A stretch of DNA of 64,000 nt from an uncultured Thermoleophilia bacterium (GTDB taxonomy: Bacteria; Actinomycetota; Thermoleophilia; UBA2241), in NCBI GenBank assembly GCA_963747935.1, contig CAVVGY010000010.1, positions 3,783 through 67,782 on the forward strand, read 5' to 3'. The notes below the pieces were generated by a model, which saw only the letters and a list, made by a program, of their open reading frames with translations, was not told the DNA's origin and ran no database searches. The first letter of the stretch is position 1. Each line of letters opens with the position of its first letter. Both the position numbers and the translations under genes were made by a program. Shown one piece after another: positions 48,023 through 57,369 of this stretch.

Positions 48023-49156
48023 TCAGGGCGCCGGCGTCGCCGACTTGGAGGGCTTGGGCGAGGGCGGAGGCGGTCCCTCGCCCTTCTTCGCGAACCACTC
48101 CTTCTTGATCGCGTCGAGCACGGCCTGGGCGACGATCAGCCCGCCCGCGTAGGTGAGGTGCTCCCCGTCCTGCTCGCGGGCCCGCACGGTCTTGCCGTCC
48201 ACCCCCGGCAGGTACTGCGAGTACGCGCCGTCCCTGGAGAGCAGCGAGTACGCGTCGATGTACTCCACCCCGTAGGTCTTCTCCGCCACGCTCTTGTAGA
48301 TGTCGTTCATCAGCTGGACCTGGCCGTTGAATGACGACGAGGGCATCACCGGCTGGCCGATCCAGTACACGCGCCGCACGCCGCCCTGGAACAGCAGCCC
48401 GATCATGTCCTCCACGCGCTTGCGGTACTCCTCCTTCCAGCCGTCGCTGCCGAACTGGTAGATCTTGCCCGACGAAGCCTGCACCGCCTGGTTGTCGTTG
48501 GCGCCGAACATCACGGCCACGGCGCCGGGGTCGAACGCCTTGACCTGCTGCTGGACCTGCGCCGGCCAGTTGAAGAAGTCGGGCCGCACCAGGCCGCTGG
48601 AGATGTGGTAGTCGAGCAGCGGCTTGATCAGCTTGGTCTTGTTGGAGAGGTTGGTGAGCGCCATGCCGGGCAGGCCCATCATGGAGTCGCCGGCGATGTA
48701 CAGGTGCATCGGGTGGCCCTTGAACGGCTTGGGCAGCGGCTTCTCCTGGAGCGTCTTCTGCGGCTTGTCGCCGCCCTTCGTCGGCGTCGGGGTGGGTACT
48801 ACGACGACTGAGGACGTCCCGCCGGGGCCGGGGTCCGCCCTGCCGAGCATCGAGGCGGTGAGCTGCGCCGGCCGGTCGAGGAAGAACCAGTGGCTCACGG
48901 CGGCGAGCGGGTCGACGAGCGCGAGGCGGAAGCTGCGCTCGCCGCCGAACGGCATCTCGAGCGCGGTCTTCTTCATCGCCGGCGCGTTGAACAGCGCGCC
49001 GAGGAGCAGCGCGACCAGCATCGCGATGAGCGCGCTCGCGGCGGTGCGGCGGCGGCGGCCGTAGGGGAGCTTGACGTCCTGCCGCTCGTCCTGCGGCGGC
49101 GGGCCGTCCCGCGGCGGGCCGCCGCGCTCGTCCCTGGGTGTCTGTGGATCCGTCAT
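48023..49156 (-). CDS. Membrane-anchored SGNH/GDSL hydrolase (DUF459-like), paralog 2
   Basis: TM helix AASALIAMLVALLLGALF. LYIAGDSMMG, FGANDNQ, DGEHLT. Its ATG shares one nt with the MBOAT-2 stop (TGATG at 49158-49154). Confidence 0.85.
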   Translation of the reverse strand: MTDPQTPRDERGGPPRDGPPPQDERQDVKLPYGRRRRTAASALIAMLVALLLGALFNAPAMKKTALEMPFGGERSFRLALVDPLAAVSHWFFLDRPAQLTASMLGRADPGPGGTSSVVVVPTPTPTKGGDKPQKTLQEKPLPKPFKGHPMHLYIAGDSMMGLPGMALTNLSNKTKLIKPLLDYHISSGLVRPDFFNWPAQVQQQVKAFDPGAVAVMFGANDNQAVQASSGKIYQFGSDGWKEEYRKRVEDMIGLLFQGGVRRVYWIGQPVMPSSSFNGQVQLMNDIYKSVAEKTYGVEYIDAYSLLSRDGAYSQYLPGVDGKTVRAREQDGEHLTYAGGLIVAQAVLDAIKKEWFAKKGEGPPPPSPKPSKSATPAP

Positions 49157-50700
49157 CAGAACTTGAAGTAGAGGAAGGCGGCCGGGCCGGTCGGGCCGAG
49201 GATGTCGAGCAGCATGAAGGCCACGGCGAGGATCACGCCCTGCAGCACGGGGTTGAGCACCGAGAGTCCCGCCTCACCGCGCTGCCAGACGGACCGCGGC
49301 ACGTACTGCACGCCGATGCCCACGGCGATGGCGAGGAACACGCCGGGGGTGACGGCCGCGCCGATCGAGCCCCAGCTCTGGAAGAGGCGGGTGATGACGT
49401 CCACGGCCGAGCCGAAGGTGTCGGAGCGGAAGAAGATCCAGGCGAAGGTGACGAAGGCGAACACGCCCACACGCGGCCAGACCGTGCCGTGCCAGGGCTG
49501 CCGGTCGTACTCGAGCGGAGGCGCGGCGGCTCGTGCGGGAGCCGCGCCCGGCCCCTCCGGCAGCAAGGCCGCGTCGCCGACGCCGTCGAACGCGGCCGCC
49601 AGCTCCATGCGCTGCCGCTGCACCACGCGCGCGCGCTGCTTGCGCTTGTCGACGCGCGCGTGCTCGACGATCAGCGCGCAGCCGTACAGGAACCCCCAGA
49701 AGATGAACGTCCAGCCGGCGCCGTGCCACAGGCCGCCGAGCACCATGGTGATCATGAGGTTCACGTAGGTGCGCGCCTTGCCCTTGCGGTTGCCGCCGAG
49801 CGGGATGTAGAGGTAGTCCCGCAGCCAGCGCGAGAGAGTCATGTGCCAGCGCCGCCAGAACTCCTGCACCGACGCCGCGGTGTACGGCGCCTCGAAGTTG
49901 TCCGGCAGCTGGAACCCCAGCAGCAGCGAGATGCCGATAGCGATGTCGGCGTAGGCGCTGAAGTCGCAGTAGATCTGCACCGAGTAGCCGATGATGCCGA
50001 GCAGCACCTCCAGCGACGAGTACTGCCCCGGCGTGGTGAACACCCCGTTCACGAGGTGGGTCGCCAGGTAGTCGGCGATCAGCATCTTCTTGATCAGGCC
50101 GCCGAAGATGAGGAAGAAGGCCCGAGAGGTGTCGACGTTGCGTGGATCGCGCGGGCCGTTCAGCTGCGGCAGGAACTCGCTCGCGCGGGCGATGGGGCCG
50201 GCGGCCAGGTAGGGGAAGAAGGCGACGAACACCGAGAAGTCGAGCAGCGACGCCGGCCGCAGGGTGCCGCGGTAGACGTCCACCACGTAGCTCAGCACGC
50301 GGAACGTGAGGAACGAGACGCCGAGCGGCAGCACGATGCGCAGCAACGGCAGGTCGGCGTTCAGGTGGAGCGCGCCGAGGAAGTCGACCACGGAGGTGAC
50401 GAAGAAGCCGTAGTACTTGAACCAGCCCAGCACGCCCAGGTTGGCGGCGATCGCGGCGGCGAGGGCCCACTTGGCCGACGAGCTCTTGGGGCGCATGCCG
50501 GCGATCCACAGGGCGAAGAACTGGTTGGCGGCGGCGCTGAGCGCCAGGAGCAGGACGAAGCGCCAGTCCCACCAGCCGTAGAACACGAGGCTGACGACGA
50601 GCATGAACGGCTTCCACAGCCGCTGTCTGGGCATGAGCAGCCAGTTCCCGACGAAGACGAGCAGGAAGAACACAGCGAATGTGATGGTAGGGAACAGCAT
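49156..50700 (-). CDS. MBOAT-family O-acyltransferase, copy 2
   Basis: Collinear with copy 1 from MLFPTITFA to FLYFKF. FWRRWHMTLSRWLRDYLYIPLGGNRKG and LGGLWHGAGWTFIFWG. It carries an extra hydrophilic loop (VDKRKQRARVVQRQRMELAAAFDGVGDAALLPEGPGAAPARAAAPPLEYDRQPW). Start set by homology at the ATG at 50700; an in-frame GTG at 50715 is also possible. Confidence 0.9.
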   Translation of the reverse strand: MLFPTITFAVFFLLVFVGNWLLMPRQRLWKPFMLVVSLVFYGWWDWRFVLLLALSAAANQFFALWIAGMRPKSSSAKWALAAAIAANLGVLGWFKYYGFFVTSVVDFLGALHLNADLPLLRIVLPLGVSFLTFRVLSYVVDVYRGTLRPASLLDFSVFVAFFPYLAAGPIARASEFLPQLNGPRDPRNVDTSRAFFLIFGGLIKKMLIADYLATHLVNGVFTTPGQYSSLEVLLGIIGYSVQIYCDFSAYADIAIGISLLLGFQLPDNFEAPYTAASVQEFWRRWHMTLSRWLRDYLYIPLGGNRKGKARTYVNLMITMVLGGLWHGAGWTFIFWGFLYGCALIVEHARVDKRKQRARVVQRQRMELAAAFDGVGDAALLPEGPGAAPARAAAPPLEYDRQPWHGTVWPRVGVFAFVTFAWIFFRSDTFGSAVDVITRLFQSWGSIGAAVTPGVFLAIAVGIGVQYVPRSVWQRGEAGLSVLNPVLQGVILAVAFMLLDILGPTGPAAFLYFKF

Positions 50701-50777
50701 GCGAGGCCCGGTCACCCAGTCTAGGGAAAGGGACGGCCACCCGCCAGCCGGGGTTCGGCCGCGCGTGCGCGAGGTTC

Positions 50778-51989
50778 ATGCGGGGCCGACGCCGCCTGCG
50801 CATCGCGTATCATGGCGCCGTGACCGAGCCTCCCGTCTTCACCCAGAACCTGCTGCGCGAGGGCTTCGTCGAGTTCGCCTTCGGTGAGCCCGACCCGGCG
50901 CTGCTGCCGGTCGGGCTGGTGCGCGACGCGGCCGCCCGTGCGCTGGCCGCGCCGGACGCCGCCGGCGCGCTCGCCTACGGCTCCGGTGCCGGACCGGAGG
51001 CGCTGCGCCGGCACATCGCGACGCGCAGCGCGGAGCGCGAGGGCCTGGCGACGGCCGCCGACGACGTGCTCGTCAGCGGCGGCAACTCCCAGGCGCTCGG
51101 CCAGGCGCTCACCTGTCTCACGCAGCCCGGCGACGTCGTCTTCGTCGAGTGCCCGACGTACAACCTCGCGCTCGGCATCATCGCCGACCACCCCGTCGAC
51201 GTGGTCGGCCTGCCGCTGGACGCGGACGGCCTCGACGTCGAGGCGCTCGCGGAAGCCGTGCGCGCGGTGAGGGCCTCGGAGCGAAGGCCGCGGCTGCTGT
51301 ACACCATCCCCACGTTCCACAATCCGACCGGCGTGAGCCTGACTCCCGCGCGCCGCCGGCGGCTGCTCGAGGTCGCGCGCCGCGAGGATCTCGTGATCGT
51401 CGAGGACGACGTGTACCGGGAGCTCGCCTACGACGGCGCGGCGCCGCAGGCGCTCCGCGCCCTGGACCCCGAGGCGCCGGTCGTCCGGCTCGGCTCGTTC
51501 GCCAAGTCGCTGGCGCCGGGTCTGCGCCTCGGCTGGATCGACGCGCCGCCGGACCTCCGCACCCGGCTGGCCGCCGACGGCGTGCTCGAGAGCGGCGGCT
51601 GCGTCAGCCAGTTCTCGGCACAGGTCGTGGCCGCCCTGCTCGACGCCGGCGTCTACAGCGCCCACGTCGCCGCGCTGCGCGTGGCCTACGCGTCGCGGCG
51701 CGACGCCTTGGCCGACGCGCTGCGCGAACGCCTGCCCGCCGGCTGCGACCTCTCGGTCCCGGCCGGCGGCTTCTTCCTCTGGCTCACCCTGCCCGAAGGG
51801 CTCACGGCGACGGCGCTCCTGCCGGTCGCCGAGCGCCACCGCGTGGGGTTCGCGCCCGGCTGCCGCTTCCGCACCGACGGCGGTGACCGCAGCCTCCGCC
51901 TGGCCTTCAGCCTGTACCAGGAGGTGGACCTCGCCGAGGGCGGCCGGCGCCTGGCGGCCGCGGTCACCGAGGCCTTGGGCGAGACGTGA
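50778..51989 (+). CDS. PLP-dependent aminotransferase (class I/II fold, MocR/AAT-like catalytic domain, no HTH)
   Basis: Intact 403 aa with GGNSQALGQALTCLTQPGDVVFVECPTY, YTIPTFHNPTG and the SFAKSLAPGLRLGW Lys motif. The start could be later (GTG near 50820). Confidence 0.8.
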   Translation: MRGRRRLRIAYHGAVTEPPVFTQNLLREGFVEFAFGEPDPALLPVGLVRDAAARALAAPDAAGALAYGSGAGPEALRRHIATRSAEREGLATAADDVLVSGGNSQALGQALTCLTQPGDVVFVECPTYNLALGIIADHPVDVVGLPLDADGLDVEALAEAVRAVRASERRPRLLYTIPTFHNPTGVSLTPARRRRLLEVARREDLVIVEDDVYRELAYDGAAPQALRALDPEAPVVRLGSFAKSLAPGLRLGWIDAPPDLRTRLAADGVLESGGCVSQFSAQVVAALLDAGVYSAHVAALRVAYASRRDALADALRERLPAGCDLSVPAGGFFLWLTLPEGLTATALLPVAERHRVGFAPGCRFRTDGGDRSLRLAFSLYQEVDLAEGGRRLAAAVTEALGET

Positions 51990-52486
51990 TCGCGCGCCGC
52001 CAACGGGAGTGCGCGCACGACGGGCGCGGGCATGCTGCAGGCAGCCAGCGGCCTGAGCCCTGGGAGCACATGACCTCCGGAGGACGATGATGGCGGACGA
52101 GACGCACGGCGACGCGACGCCGTCCGGTCCGGACGCGACCGGCGGCGCCCGCCCGCGTCGCCCTCGAAGCTCCGGGTCGAAGAGCTCGCGGTCGAAGAGT
52201 CCGGGCTCCGGAGCCAAGAAGTCGGCAGGGTCCGGAGGCAAGGGAGCGGGGTCGGGCTCGGGCTCCAGGAACCCTGCCGGCCCGCGTTCGAAGAACCCGG
52301 CCGGCGCCGGAGAGGCCGCGAGCGGCGATCCGGGCGCGAAGCCGCGCCGGCGCACGGCCGCTGCCAAGGAGCAGACCGCCGTCACCGCCGCCCTGATCTC
52401 GGGGGCGGCGCCCAAGGAGGCGGCGCCCAGGGAGGCGCCGGTCGAGGGTAGAGCGCCGGCTCCCGGGACCGCCGCGGCCGCAGAAG

Positions 52487-53842
52487 ATGCGGCTCGCACG
52501 CCCCGGCACGGTGCGGCGCGCGCTCACGTCGCGGCGCGCGCCCCGCCTCCGCACCGGCATCACCGTGTTCCTCGTAGCGGCGGCACTCCTGGGAGTCCTC
52601 GTCAGCGCCCTCGCGCTCTGGACGCACACCGTCATCTTCGACACCGACGCCTACGTGAAGGTCGTCGCCCCGGTCGCCCAGGACCCGGCGGTGCGCTCCT
52701 CCGTCGCCGACTACGTCGGCGCCAAGGCGGTCCAGGCCGTGGACCTGAACGACCGGCTCGAGCAGGCGCTGCCCTCCGGGGCCGCGCTGGCGGCGCCGGC
52801 GCTCACGCACGCCCTCCAGCAGTACCTCGTCGACCAGATCGAGAGGTTCCTCTCGACCGACGCCGCGCAGCGGCTCTGGGTCGACATCAACCGCTTCGCG
52901 CATCAGCAACTCATCTCGGCGCTGCGGGACGACAACAGGTTCGTGACCGTGGGACGGCAAGACGTCGAACTCGACCTGCTCCCGCTGGTGGCCGTCGCCC
53001 TCCAGAAGCTCGAGGACAAGATCCCGGACATCCTCGGCAAGGACGTCACCCTGCCGCAGATCGACCCGGCGACGGCGCCCGCCGACATCCGCACGTTGCT
53101 GGAGGACGCCCTGGGCCGCAAGCTGCCCGCCGGGTTCGGCACCGTCACCCTGCTCCACGGCGACGCAGGCTACCAGGCCAAGCGCGCGCTCAGGCTGCTC
53201 GAGGACCTCGTGATCGTCGTCGTGGCCCTGACCACGGTGCTGATCGCGGCGGCGCTGCTGGTCTCTGTGCGCCGCTGGCGCACGGCGCTGTGGCTCGGCC
53301 TGGGCGCGCTGGTGGCGTTCGCGGTGGCCCGCGTGATCGAGATGCAGGTGGAGCGGGCCGCGGTGGACGCGATCAAGTCACAGAGCGGCGAGGCGGTCGC
53401 CCGTTCGGTGCTGACCTCGGCGATCGCCAGCCTGAACGGGTTCCTGGCGTGGATCGCCGTCGCCGGCGTCATCGTTGCGGTGGCCGCGTTCCTCGCGGGC
53501 CGGCCGGCGTGGCTCGACGCCATGGGTCGCGGCTTCGCCGGACTCTTCGGCGTCGCCTCCGACCTCTCCACGCCGGACACGCGCGCCGGTCGCTGGATCG
53601 CCGAGCACCTCGACGTCCTGCGCGTGGCCGGTATCGCCGTCGCCGTCGTCGTACTGCTGTTCGTCACCGGCTCCGTCGCGGGTGTGCTCGTCGTCGTGCT
53701 GGCCCTGGTGGTCTACGAGCTCGCACTCACCACCTACGGCGTGGGGATCCCGAGGGCGCTCGAGGAGCCGGAGGATGGGACGACGGGAGGGCCGGCGCAG
53801 GGCGACCCCGCGGGCGGCGACGCGGAGTCACCGGCCGCTTGA
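52487..53842 (+). CDS. Hypothetical polytopic membrane protein; a probable disordered N-terminal extension starts at 52087
   Basis: One N-terminal TM helix (ITVFLVAAALLGVLVSALALW), a soluble region of about 200 aa, then at least 4 C-terminal helices. The upstream ORF from the ATG at 52087 (GGAGG box upstream; SGSKSSRSKSPGSGAKKSAGSGGKGAGSGSGSRNP...) has coding GC3. One frame break near 52480 would fuse it to this ORF. Confidence 0.65.
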   Translation: MRLARPGTVRRALTSRRAPRLRTGITVFLVAAALLGVLVSALALWTHTVIFDTDAYVKVVAPVAQDPAVRSSVADYVGAKAVQAVDLNDRLEQALPSGAALAAPALTHALQQYLVDQIERFLSTDAAQRLWVDINRFAHQQLISALRDDNRFVTVGRQDVELDLLPLVAVALQKLEDKIPDILGKDVTLPQIDPATAPADIRTLLEDALGRKLPAGFGTVTLLHGDAGYQAKRALRLLEDLVIVVVALTTVLIAAALLVSVRRWRTALWLGLGALVAFAVARVIEMQVERAAVDAIKSQSGEAVARSVLTSAIASLNGFLAWIAVAGVIVAVAAFLAGRPAWLDAMGRGFAGLFGVASDLSTPDTRAGRWIAEHLDVLRVAGIAVAVVVLLFVTGSVAGVLVVVLALVVYELALTTYGVGIPRALEEPEDGTTGGPAQGDPAGGDAESPAA

Positions 53843-53882
53843 CCCGCGCGGTCAGGCACGGTGTCCCGGAGCCCGGCAGCCC

Positions 53883-54713
53883 TCAGACGTGCGACCGGCG
53901 TGACCCGCCCTTCGGGCCGCGCCCGCGGTCGCGGTGGTGCCCGTCGCGGCGCGGCAGCGAGAGGTGCGGCTTGCCGCCGATGACGTCCCACACGGCGTGC
54001 TTGCGACGCTCCCACAGCTGGTGGAAGCTCTCGTCGCGCCGCCGGGCGCGCTCCATGGTGGCCGCGTTGGAGGCGTACTGCCGGCGCGCCCACGGCGACC
54101 CCGGCTTGGCGAGGCGAAGCGCGCCGATCAGCGCCACCGGCGGCACGAAGATGCCGACCGTGCCGACGAACAGCTTGCCCTTGAGATAGCAGACGACGAC
54201 GAAGATCGCGCCGAACAGGATGTAGGCGGACAGCACCCAGCGCGAGAGCGTGATGTAGTCGCCGAGTTCGCTGAACGTGCGCGGCAGCAGGCCGGTGAGC
54301 AGCAGCGTGATGAACGTGACGCCGAGGATGATGGCGTCGATGCTCTTGCGGCCCTCGCCCGTCCAGTAGACGTCCTCGAGGTGGAGGACCAGGGCGAACT
54401 CGTCGAGCGTGAGCGCGGCGCCGGCGCCGAAGATGAAGGCGATCATCTCGACCCATGGGCTGCCCGGCTGGACGGCGAACTCGAGGATGCCGGCGACGAC
54501 CATGCCGATGATGCCGAACACGGCGTGGTGGATGTGCAGCCCCCCGGGCGTCACGATGCTGCCGAGGTGACGGCCGGAACCGCCGTTGCGGCGTGCGAGC
54601 CGCGTGTTCACGCGGGCGATGGTGAACGTGATGATGAACCCGCACAGCAGCACGAACAACGGACGCTTGGCGTCGTCGAGCACGTGCCCGGGGATGGCGG
54701 CGAGAAGGATCAT
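53883..54713 (-). CDS. Hypothetical integral membrane protein (about 7 helices)
   Basis: Intact 276 aa with GLHIHHAVFGIIGMVVAG and LTLDEFALVLHLEDVYW. I cannot name a family with confidence. Confidence 0.7.
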   Translation of the reverse strand: MILLAAIPGHVLDDAKRPLFVLLCGFIITFTIARVNTRLARRNGGSGRHLGSIVTPGGLHIHHAVFGIIGMVVAGILEFAVQPGSPWVEMIAFIFGAGAALTLDEFALVLHLEDVYWTGEGRKSIDAIILGVTFITLLLTGLLPRTFSELGDYITLSRWVLSAYILFGAIFVVVCYLKGKLFVGTVGIFVPPVALIGALRLAKPGSPWARRQYASNAATMERARRRDESFHQLWERRKHAVWDVIGGKPHLSLPRRDGHHRDRGRGPKGGSRRSHV

Positions 54714-54782
54714 TGCACCTTCATTATCCTTCGTGAGGGCCGCCCGGACACATCGGAGTCCGCCAGGCCCCCGAATGCGGGG

Positions 54783-55712
54783 TCAGAGTGAGGACGCGGA
54801 CGCCGAGGGACTCGCCTCCGGCGACTCGCTCGGCTCCGATCCCGGCGGCAGCCAGTCGGCCTTGATGGCCTTGAGGACCTTCTCGGCGAGCAGTCCCTGG
54901 CCCTCGGCGGTGAAGTGCACCTGGTCGCTGAGGCGCAGTGACGGGTCGAACGACCCGTCCGACGTGGTGTACAGGTCCCAGATGTCGACGTACTCGGCCC
55001 CCGGGCGCTTCTCGCTCTGCTTCTGGAAGACCTTGTTGATGAGCTTCATGCGCGAGTTGCGCCAGTCCTCGCCCATGATCGGCATGCCGACCCAGTACAC
55101 GCGCCGCACGCCGGCGTCGAGGAACGTGTCGATGATGTCGCCGACGCGCTTCTCGTAGGCCTGCTTCCAGGCCATGTCGCCGTAGGCGATCCAGTCGCCG
55201 TTGTCCTGGGAGACCGACTGCGTGTCGTTGGTGCCCATCATGATCACCGCGGCCTGCGGCTTGGCCGTCTTCACGACGGTCTCGATCTGCTGCTGCCAGT
55301 TGAAGAAGTCGTACCGGCAGATGCCGCTGGACTCCTTGTAGAAGGTGATGGGCTTGAAGACCCTGGCCTCCTCCAGCATCGGCCCGAGCGCCCAGCCGAG
55401 CTCGCCGCCCATGGAGTCGCCGCCGACCCACACGCGCACCGGGTCGGTCTTGCTCGCCACCCACACCTTGGGCGGCGGAGTGGTCGGCGTGGGCCTGGCA
55501 GTCGGGGAGGACTGCGCCGCGGCGTTGTCGCCGCCGGCCGCGCTCCCGTCGCCGCCGCGCCCGCGCAGCACCACCACGGCGGCGACGGCCACCGCTGCGA
55601 TGACCACGACGAGGAGGAGCACCAGAAGACGGCGCCGGGCTTGCTGCTTGCGCCGGCGGCGCCTGCCGTTGGGAGAGGAGGATGAGTACGTGGTGTAGTT
55701 GCCGCTCTGCAT
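54783..55712 (-). CDS. Membrane-anchored SGNH/GDSL hydrolase (DUF459-like), paralog 3
   Basis: TM helix LLVLLLVVVIAAVAVAAVVVL. VWVGGDSMGG, MGTNDTQ, DQVHFT. Start taken at the ATG at 55712. Confidence 0.8.
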   Translation of the reverse strand: MQSGNYTTYSSSSPNGRRRRRKQQARRRLLVLLLVVVIAAVAVAAVVVLRGRGGDGSAAGGDNAAAQSSPTARPTPTTPPPKVWVASKTDPVRVWVGGDSMGGELGWALGPMLEEARVFKPITFYKESSGICRYDFFNWQQQIETVVKTAKPQAAVIMMGTNDTQSVSQDNGDWIAYGDMAWKQAYEKRVGDIIDTFLDAGVRRVYWVGMPIMGEDWRNSRMKLINKVFQKQSEKRPGAEYVDIWDLYTTSDGSFDPSLRLSDQVHFTAEGQGLLAEKVLKAIKADWLPPGSEPSESPEASPSASASSL

Positions 55713-55863
55713 GCGTTCAGGACCTTCTCGGCGAGTGTACAGCAAGGGCATTCGCGGCGAGCTCGCGAGCCTCTGCAGCCGTACGAGGAAAGACGCAGAG
55801 GCGCGGGCGACGGTTCACCGCCGTTTCGAGGGCGCCCGCGGTGGGATACAGTTCCGCCTGACG

Positions 55864-56685
55864 ATGAACGACGCCAGCAGCACACCCGACGCCTCCCCGG
55901 CCAAGCGCCGGCGACTCCTCGAGGAGTCGCCGAGGTTCGCCGACAGCTTCGGCCTCGTGCTGCTGATGCTCGTCATCGCGTTCTTCGTGCTGGCGATCGG
56001 CGACAACGGCGATGCCGTCAGGATCGTCTCGATGGTGATCTTCTCCGCCACCACCTGGCTGGCGCTGCGCGCGAGCCAGGTCAAGCGGCGCATCCTCCGC
56101 ATCGCGCTGGCGCTCATCCCGCTGGCGACCGCGATCGGCATCGTGCTCGTCCTGGTGGGCAGCGAGGACACTGCCAGCCTGTTCAGCAAGGCGCTCACGA
56201 TCCTGCTGGTGCTGGTCGCGCCGGTCGCCATCCTCCGCCGGCTCGTCGACCACCCGGTCATCAGCCTCAACACGTTCTACGGCGCCGTGTGCGTCTACCT
56301 GCTCATCGCCTTGCTCTTCGCCACCATCTACGGGCTCATCGCGCTGCTCGCCGACCAGCAGTTCTTCGCCCAGCTCGCGGGCGTCGCCCCCAAGGACACC
56401 CCGCAACTGGACTACGTCTACTTCAGCTTCACGACCATCACCACGACCGGCTACGGCGACTTCACGGCGGCGATCGACGTCGGCCGCATGACCGCCGTCA
56501 TCGAGATGATCCTCGGGCAGCTGTACCTCATCACCGTCGTCGCCCTGGTGGTCCAGAACCTGGGGCAGCAGTCACGCCTCGCGCGGCGCATGGAGGAGGA
56601 GCTGCAGAAGAAGGACGAGGCCGGGCACGTGGGTCAGCCTGACGAGGTTCAGAGCGTGGAGCCAGTCCTGCACAAAGAGGGCTGA
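55864..56685 (+). CDS. Potassium channel family protein (pore-loop TTGYGD)
   Basis: FSFTTITTTGYGDF selectivity filter. There are 4 upstream helices plus pore and inner helix. No RCK/TrkA domain is present. Confidence 0.85.
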   Translation: MNDASSTPDASPAKRRRLLEESPRFADSFGLVLLMLVIAFFVLAIGDNGDAVRIVSMVIFSATTWLALRASQVKRRILRIALALIPLATAIGIVLVLVGSEDTASLFSKALTILLVLVAPVAILRRLVDHPVISLNTFYGAVCVYLLIALLFATIYGLIALLADQQFFAQLAGVAPKDTPQLDYVYFSFTTITTTGYGDFTAAIDVGRMTAVIEMILGQLYLITVVALVVQNLGQQSRLARRMEEELQKKDEAGHVGQPDEVQSVEPVLHKEG

Positions 56686-56738
56686 AGGCCGAGCACGATC
56701 GCGGACTTGCGCCTGTCAGGCGAGGGCGGGTCCCTTGG

Positions 56739-57203
56739 TCATCCCTTGTCCGCAGCATCGGCGCGCGGAGTACGCAAGACCAGCCAATACGCGAGCGCCA
56801 TGGCGGCCACGACTGCTGCGGTGGCATAGATGTACTGCGGGCCGGTCGTGCTGTAGTCGAGGATGATCACCTTCCGCGCGATGGCCATGAGCGCAGTGGC
56901 CAGGACGATCCTCACATGGATGACGTCATCGCGCAGGTAGCTGACGATGTTGACGAAGATCTCGACTGCAATCAGGACCGCCATGAACGCGCCGAATGTG
57001 GCAAGGATGTCGGTGATCTCCAGGAAGCCGACTGGCTCACTCATGAGGCGCCGGTACAGGACGTAGCAGACGTCGGCCACGCCAAAGACGATGACGCCGG
57101 TCATGAGCACGGCGAGCGCGCGCACCGCCATGCGGATGACCCAGTGCAGGCCTCTGACCAGAGGCTCGTCGTCATTCCGGAACTCCGCCACGCGCTCCTC
57201 CAT
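56739..57203 (-). CDS. PsiE-like (phosphate-starvation-inducible E family) membrane protein
   Basis: AVEIFVNIVSYLRDDVIHVRIVLATALMAIARKVIILD resembles the PsiE core. Start at the ATG at 57203; 57245 is an alternative. Confidence 0.65.
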   Translation of the reverse strand: MEERVAEFRNDDEPLVRGLHWVIRMAVRALAVLMTGVIVFGVADVCYVLYRRLMSEPVGFLEITDILATFGAFMAVLIAVEIFVNIVSYLRDDVIHVRIVLATALMAIARKVIILDYSTTGPQYIYATAAVVAAMALAYWLVLRTPRADAADKG

Positions 57204-57369
57204 GCCTCGCCGATCACGCCCGGACAGGCTGCCGAGCGCCTCCATGCCCCGCCTTCGGCGCACGATGGAGCTTCCCTGCGTTCCAAGCGGCGACGCTGCG
57301 ACGGGACCGCACCCGCTCACCCGGACACGCGACCTTTTCAGCCCTCACACGCGTCAGTTGCGGCGGTGG

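Noticed and set aside
50721-52499. 592-aa minus-strand ORF antisense to the aminotransferase. Its N-terminal part (PAGFFERGPAGFLEPEPDPAPLPPDPADFLAPEPGLFDRELFDPEL, about 52150-52330) looks repeat-like
   Set aside because: The plus-strand frame from 52087 has the better GC3 pattern and an SD box. The apparent repeats are the antisense image of the plus-strand Ser/Gly/Lys-rich low-complexity region.
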